Shown here piece by piece: positions 40,120 through 50,598 of a DNA stretch of 64,000 nt (positions within the stretch are counted from its first letter, which is position 1; every line of letters begins with the position of its first letter). This DNA is from an uncultured Chloroflexia bacterium (GTDB taxonomy: Bacteria > Chloroflexota > Chloroflexia > Thermomicrobiales > UBA6265), in the NCBI GenBank assembly GCA_963724295.1, contig CAVRUC010000007.1, positions 544,001 to 608,000 of the forward strand, written 5' to 3'. The notes beneath the pieces are model-generated. The model worked only from the letters and a program-made list of their open reading frames with translations. It did no database searches and was not told the DNA's origin. The position numbers and the translations under genes are program-made.

Positions 40120-40422
40120 TCAGTCTCCCGCGATTCTCACGGCAGCCTCTTCGACGACCTCGATGACCTCGACCTCAGCCACGGCCAGGAGACGCTCAGG
40201 GTGCACTTTCCAGCAGTCGGTCACCACGTCAGTGGCGCGACAACGCATCACGTCGTCTTCACCATGGAGGGCCCATGCTAACGAGCATCGATAAACTGGC
40301 TCAACACTCCCACGCAATGGTCCGCAGTGCGCACGGACAAGCATCGGACACCCAAAGCGCCCCGGCTCCGCCGTCTGCTCTTCCTCGAGGAAGAGCCGGC
40401 GTCGCTCGCGGCTCATCGTCAA
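40120..40422 (-). CDS. Small hypothetical protein with scattered Cys (possible metal-binding)
   Basis: AAGGGG RBS; 'GCPML', 'RCSLAWA', 'RC....DCW'. Confidence 0.65.
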   Translation of the reverse strand: MTMSRERRRLFLEEEQTAEPGRFGCPMLVRAHCGPLRGSVEPVYRCSLAWALHGEDDVMRCRATDVVTDCWKVHPERLLAVAEVEVIEVVEEAAVRIAGD

Positions 40423-40622
40423 ACCACCCCTTCTTCTGGCGGCCCCCCGTCTCGTCGCTCACGCCACGCTTCACCAGGTCCCACATGGACTTGACATTGA
40501 CGCGGACATGAGCTTCCGGGTCTCACCAGCGCCCCAGGAGCTGCTCTGCTCCGGGGAAGCCCCACTTCGGGACCTCAGAGCAGTATACCCTGACGCCCGC
40601 CGCCCGCCCGGCGGGATCACGC

Positions 40623-41549
40623 CTATCGAGATACCAACTGCCGCAAGACAAACAGCATATTCGCCGGTCGCTCCGCGATTCGGCGCGCAAAGTAGGGGTA
40701 CCAATCCGCACCGAACGGCACATAGATCCTCATGCGATACCCCTCGCGCGCCAGAGCAACCTGCGCCTCCCGGCGTACGCCATAAAGCATCTGGAACTCC
40801 CAGCGCGCGGGGTCGATACCCATGCGCAGCGCGAAGCCCTGCGTAGCACGCACCAGCGCGGGGTCGTGCGTGGCGATAGCCGGATAGCGGCCGGCTTCGA
40901 GCAAGCGCTCCATCAGGCGGACAAAGGCCTCGTCGATCTCCCGCGGTCGCTGCAGAGCCAGACTCGCCGGTTCGGCGTACGCGCCCTTCACGAGCCGGAC
41001 CCGCATCTTCAGGCCAATCAGTCGCTCGATGTCTCGATCCGACCGGTGCAGATAGGCCTGGATGACCGCCCCGACATACCCCTCGAATCGCTCGTGCAGC
41101 GCCTCGGCGATGGCGAGGGTCCGTTCCGTGTACGCGGAGCTCTCCATGTCGATTCGCACGAACCCGTCGGCGCTCCGCGCGGTTTCCAACAGCACCAGCA
41201 TGTTGTCGTACGCAATCTGATCGCCGATGTCCAGACCGAGCATGGTCAGCTTGACCGAGATGTTCGGGTCCAGATCGCTGGCGGCCATCTCTCGCAAGGT
41301 CTCGGCAAACGTCTCGACCGCGGCGCGAGCCTCGTTCGGCGTCAGGACGTTCTCGCCCAACCGGTCCAGCGTCGTCGTCAAGCCCTGCGTGCTCAACCGA
41401 TTCGCGACCACCAGTGCATCTTCCAACCGGTCTCCGGCGACGAAACGGGCAACCAGGGCGCGCGACCATGGGCTGTTACGAATGATTCGTTCCACTTCAT
41501 CTCGCTCGGCTGTGGCCAGGATTCCGTTGCGTAGCAAGGTGGTCATCAT
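40623..41549 (-). CDS. Proline dehydrogenase (monofunctional)
   Basis: 'RFVAG', 'SVKLT.LGL', 'RIDMESS', 'RLVKGAY', 'ATHD', 'FQMLYG', 'YVPFG..WYPYF.RR..ERP'. Confidence 0.95.
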   Translation of the reverse strand: MMTTLLRNGILATAERDEVERIIRNSPWSRALVARFVAGDRLEDALVVANRLSTQGLTTTLDRLGENVLTPNEARAAVETFAETLREMAASDLDPNISVKLTMLGLDIGDQIAYDNMLVLLETARSADGFVRIDMESSAYTERTLAIAEALHERFEGYVGAVIQAYLHRSDRDIERLIGLKMRVRLVKGAYAEPASLALQRPREIDEAFVRLMERLLEAGRYPAIATHDPALVRATQGFALRMGIDPARWEFQMLYGVRREAQVALAREGYRMRIYVPFGADWYPYFARRIAERPANMLFVLRQLVSR

Positions 41550-42785
41550 CCGTGCTCGAGTCTCGACCGTGCCGAGAGCTGGCCCACAAGGGTCACCGTG
41601 GCCATCGCCGCCAGCGCCCCGACGCCGAGTACCGCGAATGGAGCCGCCACGCCCGCGGCATCAGCGAGTGCGCCGACGGCGGCAGGACCGGCAACAAGTC
41701 CCACGTCACTGGAGAGGCGAACGGCGCCGACCGCGCGCCCGCCTCCCCCTCCCAGGCGAAGGATCAGGTCACCAGCCGAACTATTTCCAGCAACCTGGCC
41801 AACGGCGTACAAGGCCATTGGCGCGAGGAGCCAGGGTGCACTCGGCGCAAACGGCACCAGGAGCATGCCTACGCCGCCGACGCCGAAACCGATGGCCAAT
41901 GCCCGCGCGCCGCCGGCCTTGCGGATGATGCCGCCGATAGGAATTGCACTCGCGAGATGAACGACATTGACGAACAGGAGCATCATCCCCACCTGACCGG
42001 CATCGAACCCAAACTTCTCCGCCCCCAGCAAGGGCAGGGAGACGACCCAGATCGAATAGTTGACGAATACCAGGAGATTTGCCGCCACAGCCGCGACCTC
42101 GCCGGTTCGTGACGGGTGCACTGGGGCGCTGACGACTTCCTCGTTCATATGCCTGGTGCGAACGACCGCCGCTCTGCACCCGCGCCAACATCGACCCAGC
42201 CAGCAGCACGCCGGAAATGACCGTCGACAGCCAGAACACCGCCCGCCAACCAAGTTCGGCCGTCAGGTAGCCACCGGTGAGGAGCCCGGCGCTACCGCCG
42301 GCACCCGTGGAGAGGTTGAAGGCGGTCATCGCCGCGCCTCCGCCGGGACGAGCGCGGAGCACGGAGAGCAACCCGGCGGTTGCCAGGAGCGCTACCCCGA
42401 CGCCCTGGATGCCGCGCGCCGGAAGCAGTGTTACCTGGGACGTGGCCACCGCCGCCAGGCCTGAACCAAGCAAGAGCGCCGTGGACCCGGCGACCGCGGT
42501 CCATTTGGGTCCTGCACGCTCCACGAGCCATGCAGCGGGTAGATTCGTTATGAGACGCCCGGCGAAGAAGACAGAGAAGACCAGCCCCGCGCTGGTCGCA
42601 CTCAGCGCCAGCGATTCCTGAATGGCCGGCAGCGCCGGCGCCACGATGTCGACGCACCAGTAAGCGAAGAGCAAGATGGCAAGCGAGATTCGTTGCGGCA
42701 ACGCGGAGGATGCGTCTGTCGCCTCGGTCGCAATCGCACTCGACGCCTGCGCCCGCCCCTCTTCGCTAGCCGCCAGCCCGCTCAC
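41546..42785 (-). CDS. MFS transporter (frameshift near 42150)
   Basis: Two hydrophobic MFS halves in different frames (ORFs 41781-42830 and 41546-42253). Confidence 0.8.
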
Positions 42786-42882
42786 GCTGTCCCCGCTCTC
42801 CCGTGCCCTCTGACGCCGCGGAGCATACATGCCCCCGGGAGGTCGCGCTTACCGCATCCAGGTCCGGTCTATCCTTGCCGTC

Positions 42883-44230
42883 ATGACCGAGCTACGGACC
42901 ACTCCGGCCACCGCGTTCCCGATCGATACGACCGTCCGCGATGCCCTGTACGACCGGATTCCCCTGGGTCGACCGGATATCGCCCTGATCGGCACGGTCT
43001 CCCTTCGTTCGGCTCGAGCGCATCCAACAGCTCGGGTTCGTCTCGCGGGTCTGGCCCGGCGCCCGGCATACCCGCTTCGAGCATTCGCTCGGGGTCATGC
43101 ATCTCACTCGGCTGGCGGTCGATCACATCAGAGGCACCCGGGAGGGCCAGTGGCTGACGGATGGTGACGCGCGCGTGGCTGTGGCCGCGGCGCTGCTGCA
43201 CGACATCGGGCACTATCCGTTTTCTCACGCCATCGAAGAGCTGGGGCCGCCGATCGTTCCGCACGAGCGTGGCGGCCGGCGTCTGATCGAGGGACCGCAG
43301 ATCGCTCCCATCCTGGAAGAGGCATGGGGCATCGATCCGCGTCGGGTCGCCAACATTGTCGATCCCGATGGAGCGAATCTGCCGCCTGCCGACCAATTGC
43401 TGCGCGGCGTTCTGTCCGGCGCGCTCGATATGGACAAGCTGGATTACCTGCCTCGCGACGCCCGGGCCTGCAATGTGCCGTACGGTGGCGTCGACAGCGC
43501 GCGACTGATCGATGCCCTCACCATCGCCAGGATCGAGCAACCGGGAGGCGATACCACCCTGCGCATCGCCATCGGCGAAAAGGGCATCAGTCCGCTTCAC
43601 TCGCTGATCAATGCGCGCCAGGAAATGTTCGACAACGTCTACTGGCATCACACGAACCGGGCCTGCATGGTCATGCTGCTGCGCGCCACGCAGGAGGCCC
43701 TCCTCGCCGGCGCACTGCAACCGGAAGAGCTGATCGGACATGACGACGACTCACTCTTGAAGCGCCTCACCTCTGAGGCGATGCCCGCCCCCACGCAACG
43801 CCTGGCGCGTGGCCTGCGTGACCGCCAGATTCACAAGCGGGCAGTCGAGATCGGATCACGTGCTTTCGAGCTCTACGCCAGACTCGGGAACCTTTTCTTC
43901 GATCCGCTGGCGCGACGCGACGTCGAGACGCGGCTTGCCGCGGCGTTGGCCGAGGAGATCGGAGAACCCGTTGCGGCTGAGGCGGTCCTGATCGACATTC
44001 CCAAACCGGAGCGCTGGCGCTCGGATGTGTGGGTCACCTTCGAGCGCCCGCCTGTCGGGTTCGAACGACTGATGCCGTGGCGCGACGTCGTCGGACTCAC
44101 CGACGACGACTTCAAGCGCTATGAGGAGCACCGCCGCCTGATCAGGATCGTCGCCGCCGAGCCGTACCGAGAGGCGCTTTCCCAGTCGTGGGAGAAGCTC
44201 CTGATGCCCCTCCTCGGAGCGGCGATCTAG
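42883..44230 (+). CDS. HD-domain phosphohydrolase (dNTP triphosphohydrolase/YwfO-like), frameshift near 42990
   Basis: 'TVRDALYDRI' in one frame, then 'HTRFEHSLGV', 'ALLHDIGHYPFSH', 'LDMDKLDYL.RD', 'VYWHH'. Confidence 0.88.
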
Positions 44231-44628
44231 TCGGCCGGCTCCGGGGAAATGAGCTCGACCTCGTTGCCGTCGGGATCGGTCACGTACATGGTGCGCACCG
44301 CCAGCACCGGGTGCTTCCCGTCGCGAACCTCGATGCCCGCGCTCGTCAACGTTGCCCGCGCCTCATCGAAGATGGCCTCCGGGACAGTCAGCGCCAAATG
44401 ATGAAGGGTGCGCGGTTCCCCGAAAGCCGCGGATCCGGGGGAAAGCGGCACCAGAACGAGGAGCGAGGGCACGCGGTCGGTCGCTTGTCCGGCGCGAAAG
44501 AAGATCGGACCCGGCTGGTCGGCCGGGGTCATCCGCTCCAGCCCCAGCAGGCCGCCGTAGAACGCGACGGCCCGTGAGGCATCGCGAACATTGAGCACGA
44601 CCTCGGCTAACCCGTCGATCTCAATCAT
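44227..44628 (-). CDS. VOC family protein
   Basis: 'LNVRD....FY..LLGL', 'LHHLAL', 'YVTDPDGNEVEL'. Confidence 0.88.
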   Translation of the reverse strand: MIEIDGLAEVVLNVRDASRAVAFYGGLLGLERMTPADQPGPIFFRAGQATDRVPSLLVLVPLSPGSAAFGEPRTLHHLALTVPEAIFDEARATLTSAGIEVRDGKHPVLAVRTMYVTDPDGNEVELISPEPAD

Positions 44629-44688
44629 GGTTCACTCCTTCGCTCGCCCCGCACAATTCGCCGTGTTCCCGGCTGGTAACCTCAGCAT

Positions 44689-44841
44689 ATGACGGGATTG
44701 GACGAGACGCCTCGAGACGACGCGCCGACCAGCACGCCGCAACGCCAATCGCGGTACTTCTGGACGACGGCTGCCCTGTCCATCGTGTTGCTGCTCCTGC
44801 TCTGTACCGTTCTCATCGTGATCGCGGCAACGCGGAGCTAG
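44689..44841 (+). CDS. 50-aa single-pass membrane microprotein (below the ORF-track cutoff)
   Basis: MTGLDETPRDDAPTSTPQRQSRYFWTTAALSIVLLLLLCTVLIVIAATRS; TGG-TAACCT extended -10 ends 6 nt before the ATG. Confidence 0.55.
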   Translation: MTGLDETPRDDAPTSTPQRQSRYFWTTAALSIVLLLLLCTVLIVIAATRS

Positions 44842-45008
44842 CATCTGGATCATTCCGGTCTGTCGTTTGTGTCTGCCATGAAGTCTGATAGGATGCCGCG
44901 GCTGTCCATCGGCCAGTTGCTGACCCAGATAGCAATCGCCGGGGAAGCGAAGGATCTGTCCAAACCGGCGCCAGGAGGCGTCGCGGGTGATAGTGAGGAG
45001 GCTCACCG

Positions 45009-45413
45009 ATGAGCGAGCGCGATCCACTCTCGATGTCGACCGACAACACAACCGACGGCGAAATGTATTCGGACACGGTCGAAGGCGGTCCCATCAGCCA
45101 GGCCATGATCGGCGACTCGGTTGTCGACTCGACCGGCAAGGAAGTCGGTACGGTCAAGTTCGTCAAGATGGGTGATCCGAACGCGGTGACGGATGAGGGC
45201 CAGGACGACGGCGACCCGGGACTCCTGGGGCTCGGCGATGACTCGTATGACATGGGCGACTTACCCGAGCAGGCTCGACACCAGCTCATGCGAGTCGGAT
45301 TCATCCACATCGACGTGTCGTGGGCTGACGATCGCTTTGCCGGTGCCGGCCAGATCGCCCGCGTCGAAAACAACACGGTCTACCTCACCGTTCCGGAGGC
45401 CGATCTTTTCTAG
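45009..45413 (+). CDS. Hypothetical protein (PRC-barrel/DUF2171-like)
   Basis: AGGAGG RBS; 'VVDSTGKEVGTV', 'IARVENNTVYL'. Confidence 0.7.
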   Translation: MSERDPLSMSTDNTTDGEMYSDTVEGGPISQAMIGDSVVDSTGKEVGTVKFVKMGDPNAVTDEGQDDGDPGLLGLGDDSYDMGDLPEQARHQLMRVGFIHIDVSWADDRFAGAGQIARVENNTVYLTVPEADLF

Positions 45414-45431
45414 GCGATGCGGTAGCGCGGT

Positions 45432-46397
45432 TCAGCCGCTGGCAAAGAGGTCTGAGCTCAGGTAGCGCGTGCCGGTATCGCAGGCGACTGTGGCCACCGT
45501 AAACCCCGGCGCCTCGGCGGCCAGCCGCAGCGCCGCCGCCACATTTGCGCCGGTCGAAAACCCGGCCAGGATTCCTTCTCGCCGCGCCAGCTCGCGCGCG
45601 GTGCTGACCGCGTCGTCGTCGAGGATCGGGATCGTCCCGTCGCACAGAGCGGCGTCCCACTGCGGCGGGATCATGGCGTAGCCCGCGCCCTGCAATTTGT
45701 GCGCGGCATCGGTGACTACCCGCCCGGCCAGGGCCTGCGCTCCTGCGGGCTCCACGGCGAGGCAGCGGATCGCCTAGTTGCGCGCCTTGAGCGCTCGCGC
45801 GATGCCGATGAATGTGCCGCCGGTGCCGACGATGGCCACGAACGCGTCCAGGCGGCCTCCGGACTGCTGCCACAGTTCCGGTCCCGTCCCCAGTTCATGG
45901 GCGCGCGGGTTCGAGGAGTTAGCGAATTGATCGGGGCGCCATGCGCCCAGCTCGTCGACGAGCTCCACGGTTCGCAGCTCGACCAGCGCCAGATCCTCGC
46001 CGCTGACCTGCCCGGGCGTTCCCCCGGGCGCCTGTGGCACCAGCTCGATCTCGGCGCCGTAGGCCGCGAGCAGCTGCCGCCGCTCCGGGCTGTTTCCCTC
46101 GCTCATCACGGCGATCATGCGGTAGCCCATGATCGAGCAGGCGACGGCCAGACCGATGCCCATGTTGCCGCTGGTCAGCTCGACGACGACCATGCCAGGA
46201 CGGAGCCGGCCATCTCGCTCCGCTTCTTTCAGGCATTGCAGCGCCGCGCGATCCTTGATGCTTCCGCCGGGATTCATCGACTCCAGCTTGAGCAGGACGC
46301 GGCCGGGAAGCCCCTCCGCGAGCCGATCGAGCCAGACAGCGGGCGTCGCGCCGATGGCGTCAACAATCGAGTCCACAGCCGGTGGAACGATCGACAT
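45432..46397 (-). pseudogene. Cysteine synthase family PLP enzyme interrupted by an in-frame TAG (45774-45776)
   Basis: 'LKLESMNPGGSIKDR', 'TSGNMG', 'GTGGT'; the same frame continues after TAG with 'AIRCLAVEP..H.LQG.G', 'EGILAGFSTGAN', 'DTGTRYLS'. Confidence 0.75.
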
Positions 46398-46474
46398 CCT
46401 GCTCCGTCCTTGTCGGAATCGCTGGTCACGGCGCGACCGGTGAGCCGAGGACCCCTGGCTATACTGGCCCGAGT

Positions 46475-47248
46475 ATGCCTGAGATCACCTTCCTCGGCAC
46501 CGGGACCTCCAACGGCATTCCGGTGATCGGCTGCGACTGCGATGTGTGCCGCTCGACCGACCCTCGTGACCGGCGCACCCGCACGTCCGCGCTGGTCCGC
46601 TATGACGGGCACGCGGTCCTCATCGATACCGCTACGGAGTTGCGCGCTCAGGCGCTTGCCAGCGATGTGCGCCGGGTCGACGCGGTCCTCATGACGCACG
46701 CCCACGCCGACCATACTGGAGGCTTCGACGATCTTCGGCGTTTCAACGAGTTACAGGGTGCGCATATCCCGGTCTTTGCCGATCCCGGCACGGCATCGAT
46801 GCTCCGGGAGCGCTATGCCTACACCTTTACCGATCTCTATCCGTTCTACGGCGGCAAACCGGACCTGCTCTTGCACGAGATCGATGGTCCCTTCGAACTC
46901 TTCGGGCAGGAGATTGTCCCGATTCCGATCTTGCACGGGCGACTTCCGATCACCGGCTTTCGCTTTGGCGATCTGGCGTACATCACTGATGCCAAAGAAA
47001 TTCCCGCCGCGTCCCTGGAGCTGCTCCGCGATCTCGACGTACTCGTCCTGAACGCGCTGCGCGCGCGCAGTCACCCGACGCACCTGAGCTTTTCGGAGGC
47101 CATTGCAATCATCCAAACCGTGCGGCCCCGTCGCGCCTACCTGGTTCACCTCTCGCACGAGACGAGTCATGCCGATGCCGAGCGCCTCCTTCCCGCGGGT
47201 ATCGAGATCGCCTGGGACGGCCTCGTGGTAGCGTCCGACGACAGTTGA
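46475..47248 (+). CDS. MBL-fold metallo-hydrolase (PhnP-like)
   Basis: 'FLGTGTSNGIPVIGCDCDVC', 'THAHADHTGG', 'HLSH'. Confidence 0.92.
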   Translation: MPEITFLGTGTSNGIPVIGCDCDVCRSTDPRDRRTRTSALVRYDGHAVLIDTATELRAQALASDVRRVDAVLMTHAHADHTGGFDDLRRFNELQGAHIPVFADPGTASMLRERYAYTFTDLYPFYGGKPDLLLHEIDGPFELFGQEIVPIPILHGRLPITGFRFGDLAYITDAKEIPAASLELLRDLDVLVLNALRARSHPTHLSFSEAIAIIQTVRPRRAYLVHLSHETSHADAERLLPAGIEIAWDGLVVASDDS

Positions 47249-47300
47249 GAGTCTCAAAGCTGAGATGCTCTCCCCTTCCGCAAGGGAGCGTTTTTCCACC

Positions 47301-48200
47301 ATGACTGGCCGAAGCGAGGGTTACATCAACGTTGGTGATGGCCGCGTCTGGTATGAGAGCGCGGGCACGGGTAATCGGACGCTTCTGCTGCTCCACGGTG
47401 GACCGGGCGGCAACTCCGAGGATCTGTCACCGTTTCTGGATCTTGCCGCCGAAGGCTTTCGCGTCGTCCGCTACGATCAGCTCGGCTCCTGGCGCTCCGA
47501 CAAACCGAATGACCCGTCCCTCTGGCGGGTTCCACGGTTCGTCGCCGAGGTCGAGACGGTTCGCCAGGCGCTCGATCTCGGGCAGATGCATCTGCTGGGT
47601 CAATCATGGGGCGCGTTCCTGGCCATCGAGTACGCGCTTCACTTCGGCAAGCATCTGAGGAGTCTGACACTTGCCTCCGGCGCGGCCAGCACCCGCGAAT
47701 GCATTGCCGGGATGAATTCCTGGCGCCGGGAACTACCGCTTGAGACGCAGGAAACCCTGGCTCGGCACGAGGTGAACCGGGACTACAGCCACCCGGACTA
47801 TCTCGAGGCCATGGATACGCTGTATCGTCGCAATTTCTGCCGGGTTTGGCCGTGGCCCACGCTCCTCAAGCGTGCATCCGAGCACATGGCCATGCCGATC
47901 TACACGACGATGTGGGGACCAAACGAGTTCACCTGCACCGGGACCCTGCTGGACTGGGACCGCACCGACCGGCTGGGAGAGATCACAACCCCGACGCTCA
48001 TAACGGTCGGAGAGTTCGATGAGGTCCACCCGTCATGCGCGCGCACGCTTCAGGCAGGAATTCCCGGATCGGTGTTGGAGATATTCCCGGGATGCGGTCA
48101 CGCCGTCCATCTAGAAGACCATGAGCACTACCGGGAGGTATTGCTCAGATTTCTTGACCGCGTCGATGCCGCCTGGGGTGTGAATTCAACGACACCGTGA
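47301..48200 (+). CDS. Proline iminopeptidase family hydrolase
   Basis: 'LHGGPG', 'YDQLG', 'GQSWG', 'MWGPNEF'. Confidence 0.9.
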   Translation: MTGRSEGYINVGDGRVWYESAGTGNRTLLLLHGGPGGNSEDLSPFLDLAAEGFRVVRYDQLGSWRSDKPNDPSLWRVPRFVAEVETVRQALDLGQMHLLGQSWGAFLAIEYALHFGKHLRSLTLASGAASTRECIAGMNSWRRELPLETQETLARHEVNRDYSHPDYLEAMDTLYRRNFCRVWPWPTLLKRASEHMAMPIYTTMWGPNEFTCTGTLLDWDRTDRLGEITTPTLITVGEFDEVHPSCARTLQAGIPGSVLEIFPGCGHAVHLEDHEHYREVLLRFLDRVDAAWGVNSTTP

Positions 48201-48554
48201 AATCCGCGACGCAAATCAGAAGAGGAAACACGCCGAATGACACAGCTGACGAGCGCTGCGCCGTTGGGACTCCAGCCCTCAGGGCGCTCGAACCGCGGCA
48301 CTGTGTTGCCTGCCATTTCGCCGAAACTCTCCAATCCGCCGTGGAAACGACCTGAACATGAACTATCCAGGAATCCAGGCTTTGTTATGATCGGCAGGAG
48401 CACGGGAAGTCTGGTCAGTGCGTCGCGAGTCTGGCGATGCCTGTCCTCGGGTTCTCGCGATGACGTCCGCTCTGGTCCGCCCCGATAGACACGTGGGTCG
48501 CGCGATGGCTCTAGACCATGTCGATGGCGTCGGGATGCGATCTGGCTCGGTCCG

Positions 48555-49694
48555 ATGAAGATCGCCCTGGTATCCCCGTATGACACTGCACACCCCGGCG
48601 GGGTGTTCGAGCATATTGCCCATTTACGCACCGAGTTCGTGCGGCATGGACACGACGTGACCGTGCTCGCCCCTCGCGGCCGCAAGGGCGGCCTGGAAGT
48701 GCGTGACGGGTTTTACGGGATCGGGCGGACCGTGCCCATCCCAGCCAACGGAAGCACCGTCCGCGTGACGTTCGACGTGACCCTCTACGCGGCCGTCAAG
48801 GCGCTTCTTCGCCAGGAACAGTTCGACGTCGTCCATCTCCATGAACCGCTCATTCCTGTCCTGCCGTATCTGGTGCTGCTCAATTCGCGTTCGGTGAACG
48901 TGGCGACGTTCCACGCGTTTCGCGCCTCGAGTCCGTGGTACACCGCCTTCAAGCCGTACATGACCTTCATGATGTCCCGCCTCGACGCGCGCATTGCCGT
49001 CTCCGAGCCGGCACGCGACTTCGTCAGCCAGTATTTTCACGGTCCGTACGACATCGTTCCCAATGGCATCGACGTGGACCGGTTCCGTGATGTCGAGCCG
49101 TTCACCTGGGCGCGCGACGACATTCCCCGCATCCTCTTCGTGGGCAGGTACAACGAGCCGCGAAAGGGCTTCAAGTACCTTCTGCGCGCCATGCCATCGA
49201 TCCACCAGCAATTTCCCGATGCCAGGCTGGTGGTTGCGGGTGGGGGCAAGCGGGACCGGTTCGACGGGCTCATGGAGCGCTACGACGTGCGCAATGTCGA
49301 TTTCGTCGGACTCGTCACGCCAGAGGAGCTCCCGCGCTACTACGCGAGCTGCGACCTGTTCTGTGCCCCCTCGATATCCGGAGAGAGCTTCGGTATCGTG
49401 CTGCTCGAAGCGATGGCATCGAGCAGACCCGTTGTCGCCGGAGACATTCCAGGCTATCGCAGCGTCATGACCAACGGGAAGGAAGGGTTGCTGGCGACAC
49501 CCAAGAATCCGCATGCGCTGGCGTTGGCGATCGTCCGGTTGCTGGCGGACGCGCCGTTGCGACAGCGGATGGCCATCGCGGGTCTAGAGACTGCCAGCCA
49601 CTATGCCTGGCCCGAAATCGCCTCCCGGGTTCTCGCGGTCTATGACCGGGCCTTTCAGGCCTCTGCCGCTCCTCGATTGACCGGCGTATTGTGA
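48555..49694 (+). CDS. GT4 glycosyltransferase, phosphatidylinositol mannosyltransferase (PimA)-like
   Basis: 'MKIALVSPY...PGGV', 'VPIPANGS', 'HLHEP', 'EPRKG', 'GESFGIVLLEAMA'. Confidence 0.85.
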   Translation: MKIALVSPYDTAHPGGVFEHIAHLRTEFVRHGHDVTVLAPRGRKGGLEVRDGFYGIGRTVPIPANGSTVRVTFDVTLYAAVKALLRQEQFDVVHLHEPLIPVLPYLVLLNSRSVNVATFHAFRASSPWYTAFKPYMTFMMSRLDARIAVSEPARDFVSQYFHGPYDIVPNGIDVDRFRDVEPFTWARDDIPRILFVGRYNEPRKGFKYLLRAMPSIHQQFPDARLVVAGGGKRDRFDGLMERYDVRNVDFVGLVTPEELPRYYASCDLFCAPSISGESFGIVLLEAMASSRPVVAGDIPGYRSVMTNGKEGLLATPKNPHALALAIVRLLADAPLRQRMAIAGLETASHYAWPEIASRVLAVYDRAFQASAAPRLTGVL

Positions 49695-49704
49695 TGGACC
49701 GCGC

Positions 49705-50304
49705 GTGATCTCCGAGCTGATTGGCGCACGCATCAGGAACTCCACGCTGCGCCTCGGCGAGACTCTCGCGCGTTGGGGACTGACGCCGAATCTGCTCACC
49801 GCGATCGGCCTCCTGCTCAATCTGCTCGTCGCGGCGGTCATCGCCAGCGGCAGCCTGCGGGCCGGCGGCGCGCTCCTGCTGCTTGCCAGCGGCTTCGATA
49901 TGCTCGACGGCGCGGTTGCCCGGGCTTCCGGAACCGTAACGAAGTTCGGCGGCTTTCTCGACTCGACGATCGACCGGTACTCGGAATCGCTCGTCTACGT
50001 CGGCGTGCTGGTCTACCTGCTCGGTACGCGGGACTACCACCTTGGCTCGCTGCTGGTCATCGTCGCCACGGCGGGTTCGCTCCTCATCAGCTACGCGCGC
50101 GCCCGAGCCGAGGCAGCAGGATTCAGAGCCTCGGTCGGTCTCCTGGCGCGGCCGGAACGCGTGCTGATCCTCGCCGTTGGCCTGCTCACGGGATATGTCA
50201 TTCCGGCGCTGTGGGTTCTCGCCGTTGGCACCCACCTCACCGTCGTGACCCGGATGGCCCATGTTTGGCGCCTGGCACGAACGACCGAGCCGCGAGCCGG
50301 CTGA
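49705..50304 (+). CDS. CDP-alcohol phosphatidyltransferase (phosphatidylinositol-phosphate synthase-like)
   Basis: 'TPNLLT', 'DMLDGAVAR', 'FGGFLDSTIDR', 'SYARARAE', 'RPER'. Confidence 0.9.
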   Translation: MISELIGARIRNSTLRLGETLARWGLTPNLLTAIGLLLNLLVAAVIASGSLRAGGALLLLASGFDMLDGAVARASGTVTKFGGFLDSTIDRYSESLVYVGVLVYLLGTRDYHLGSLLVIVATAGSLLISYARARAEAAGFRASVGLLARPERVLILAVGLLTGYVIPALWVLAVGTHLTVVTRMAHVWRLARTTEPRAG

Positions 50305-50307
50305 GGC

Positions 50308-50517
50308 GTGGACGCCCGCGATGGGGACAATGGACGCGCTCCCGGCGACGGTGATGAAGCCGCCGCGGACGAGCTGGACGCCGATGGGGTGCTCAGCTCA
50401 CCGGCGGACATCGAGTCCGCCGGGCGATCCTGCATGGCGATCCTCGTGCTGGCGGCGATCATCTTTCTCCTCCTCTGCGTCTGGCTCGGGTTACGCTCCA
50501 CCGGAGTGGGTCAGTAG
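50308..50517 (+). CDS. Small membrane protein
   Basis: Acidic N-terminus and one C-terminal transmembrane helix; directly follows the upstream gene. Confidence 0.5.
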   Translation: MDARDGDNGRAPGDGDEAAADELDADGVLSSPADIESAGRSCMAILVLAAIIFLLLCVWLGLRSTGVGQ

Positions 50518-50598
50518 CAGATTGCTCCGCGACTCGTGGATTGGCGATGCTATGATCGGCAGGAACCGACGTCCTTCGAGACAGGGAGCACACCCGCG

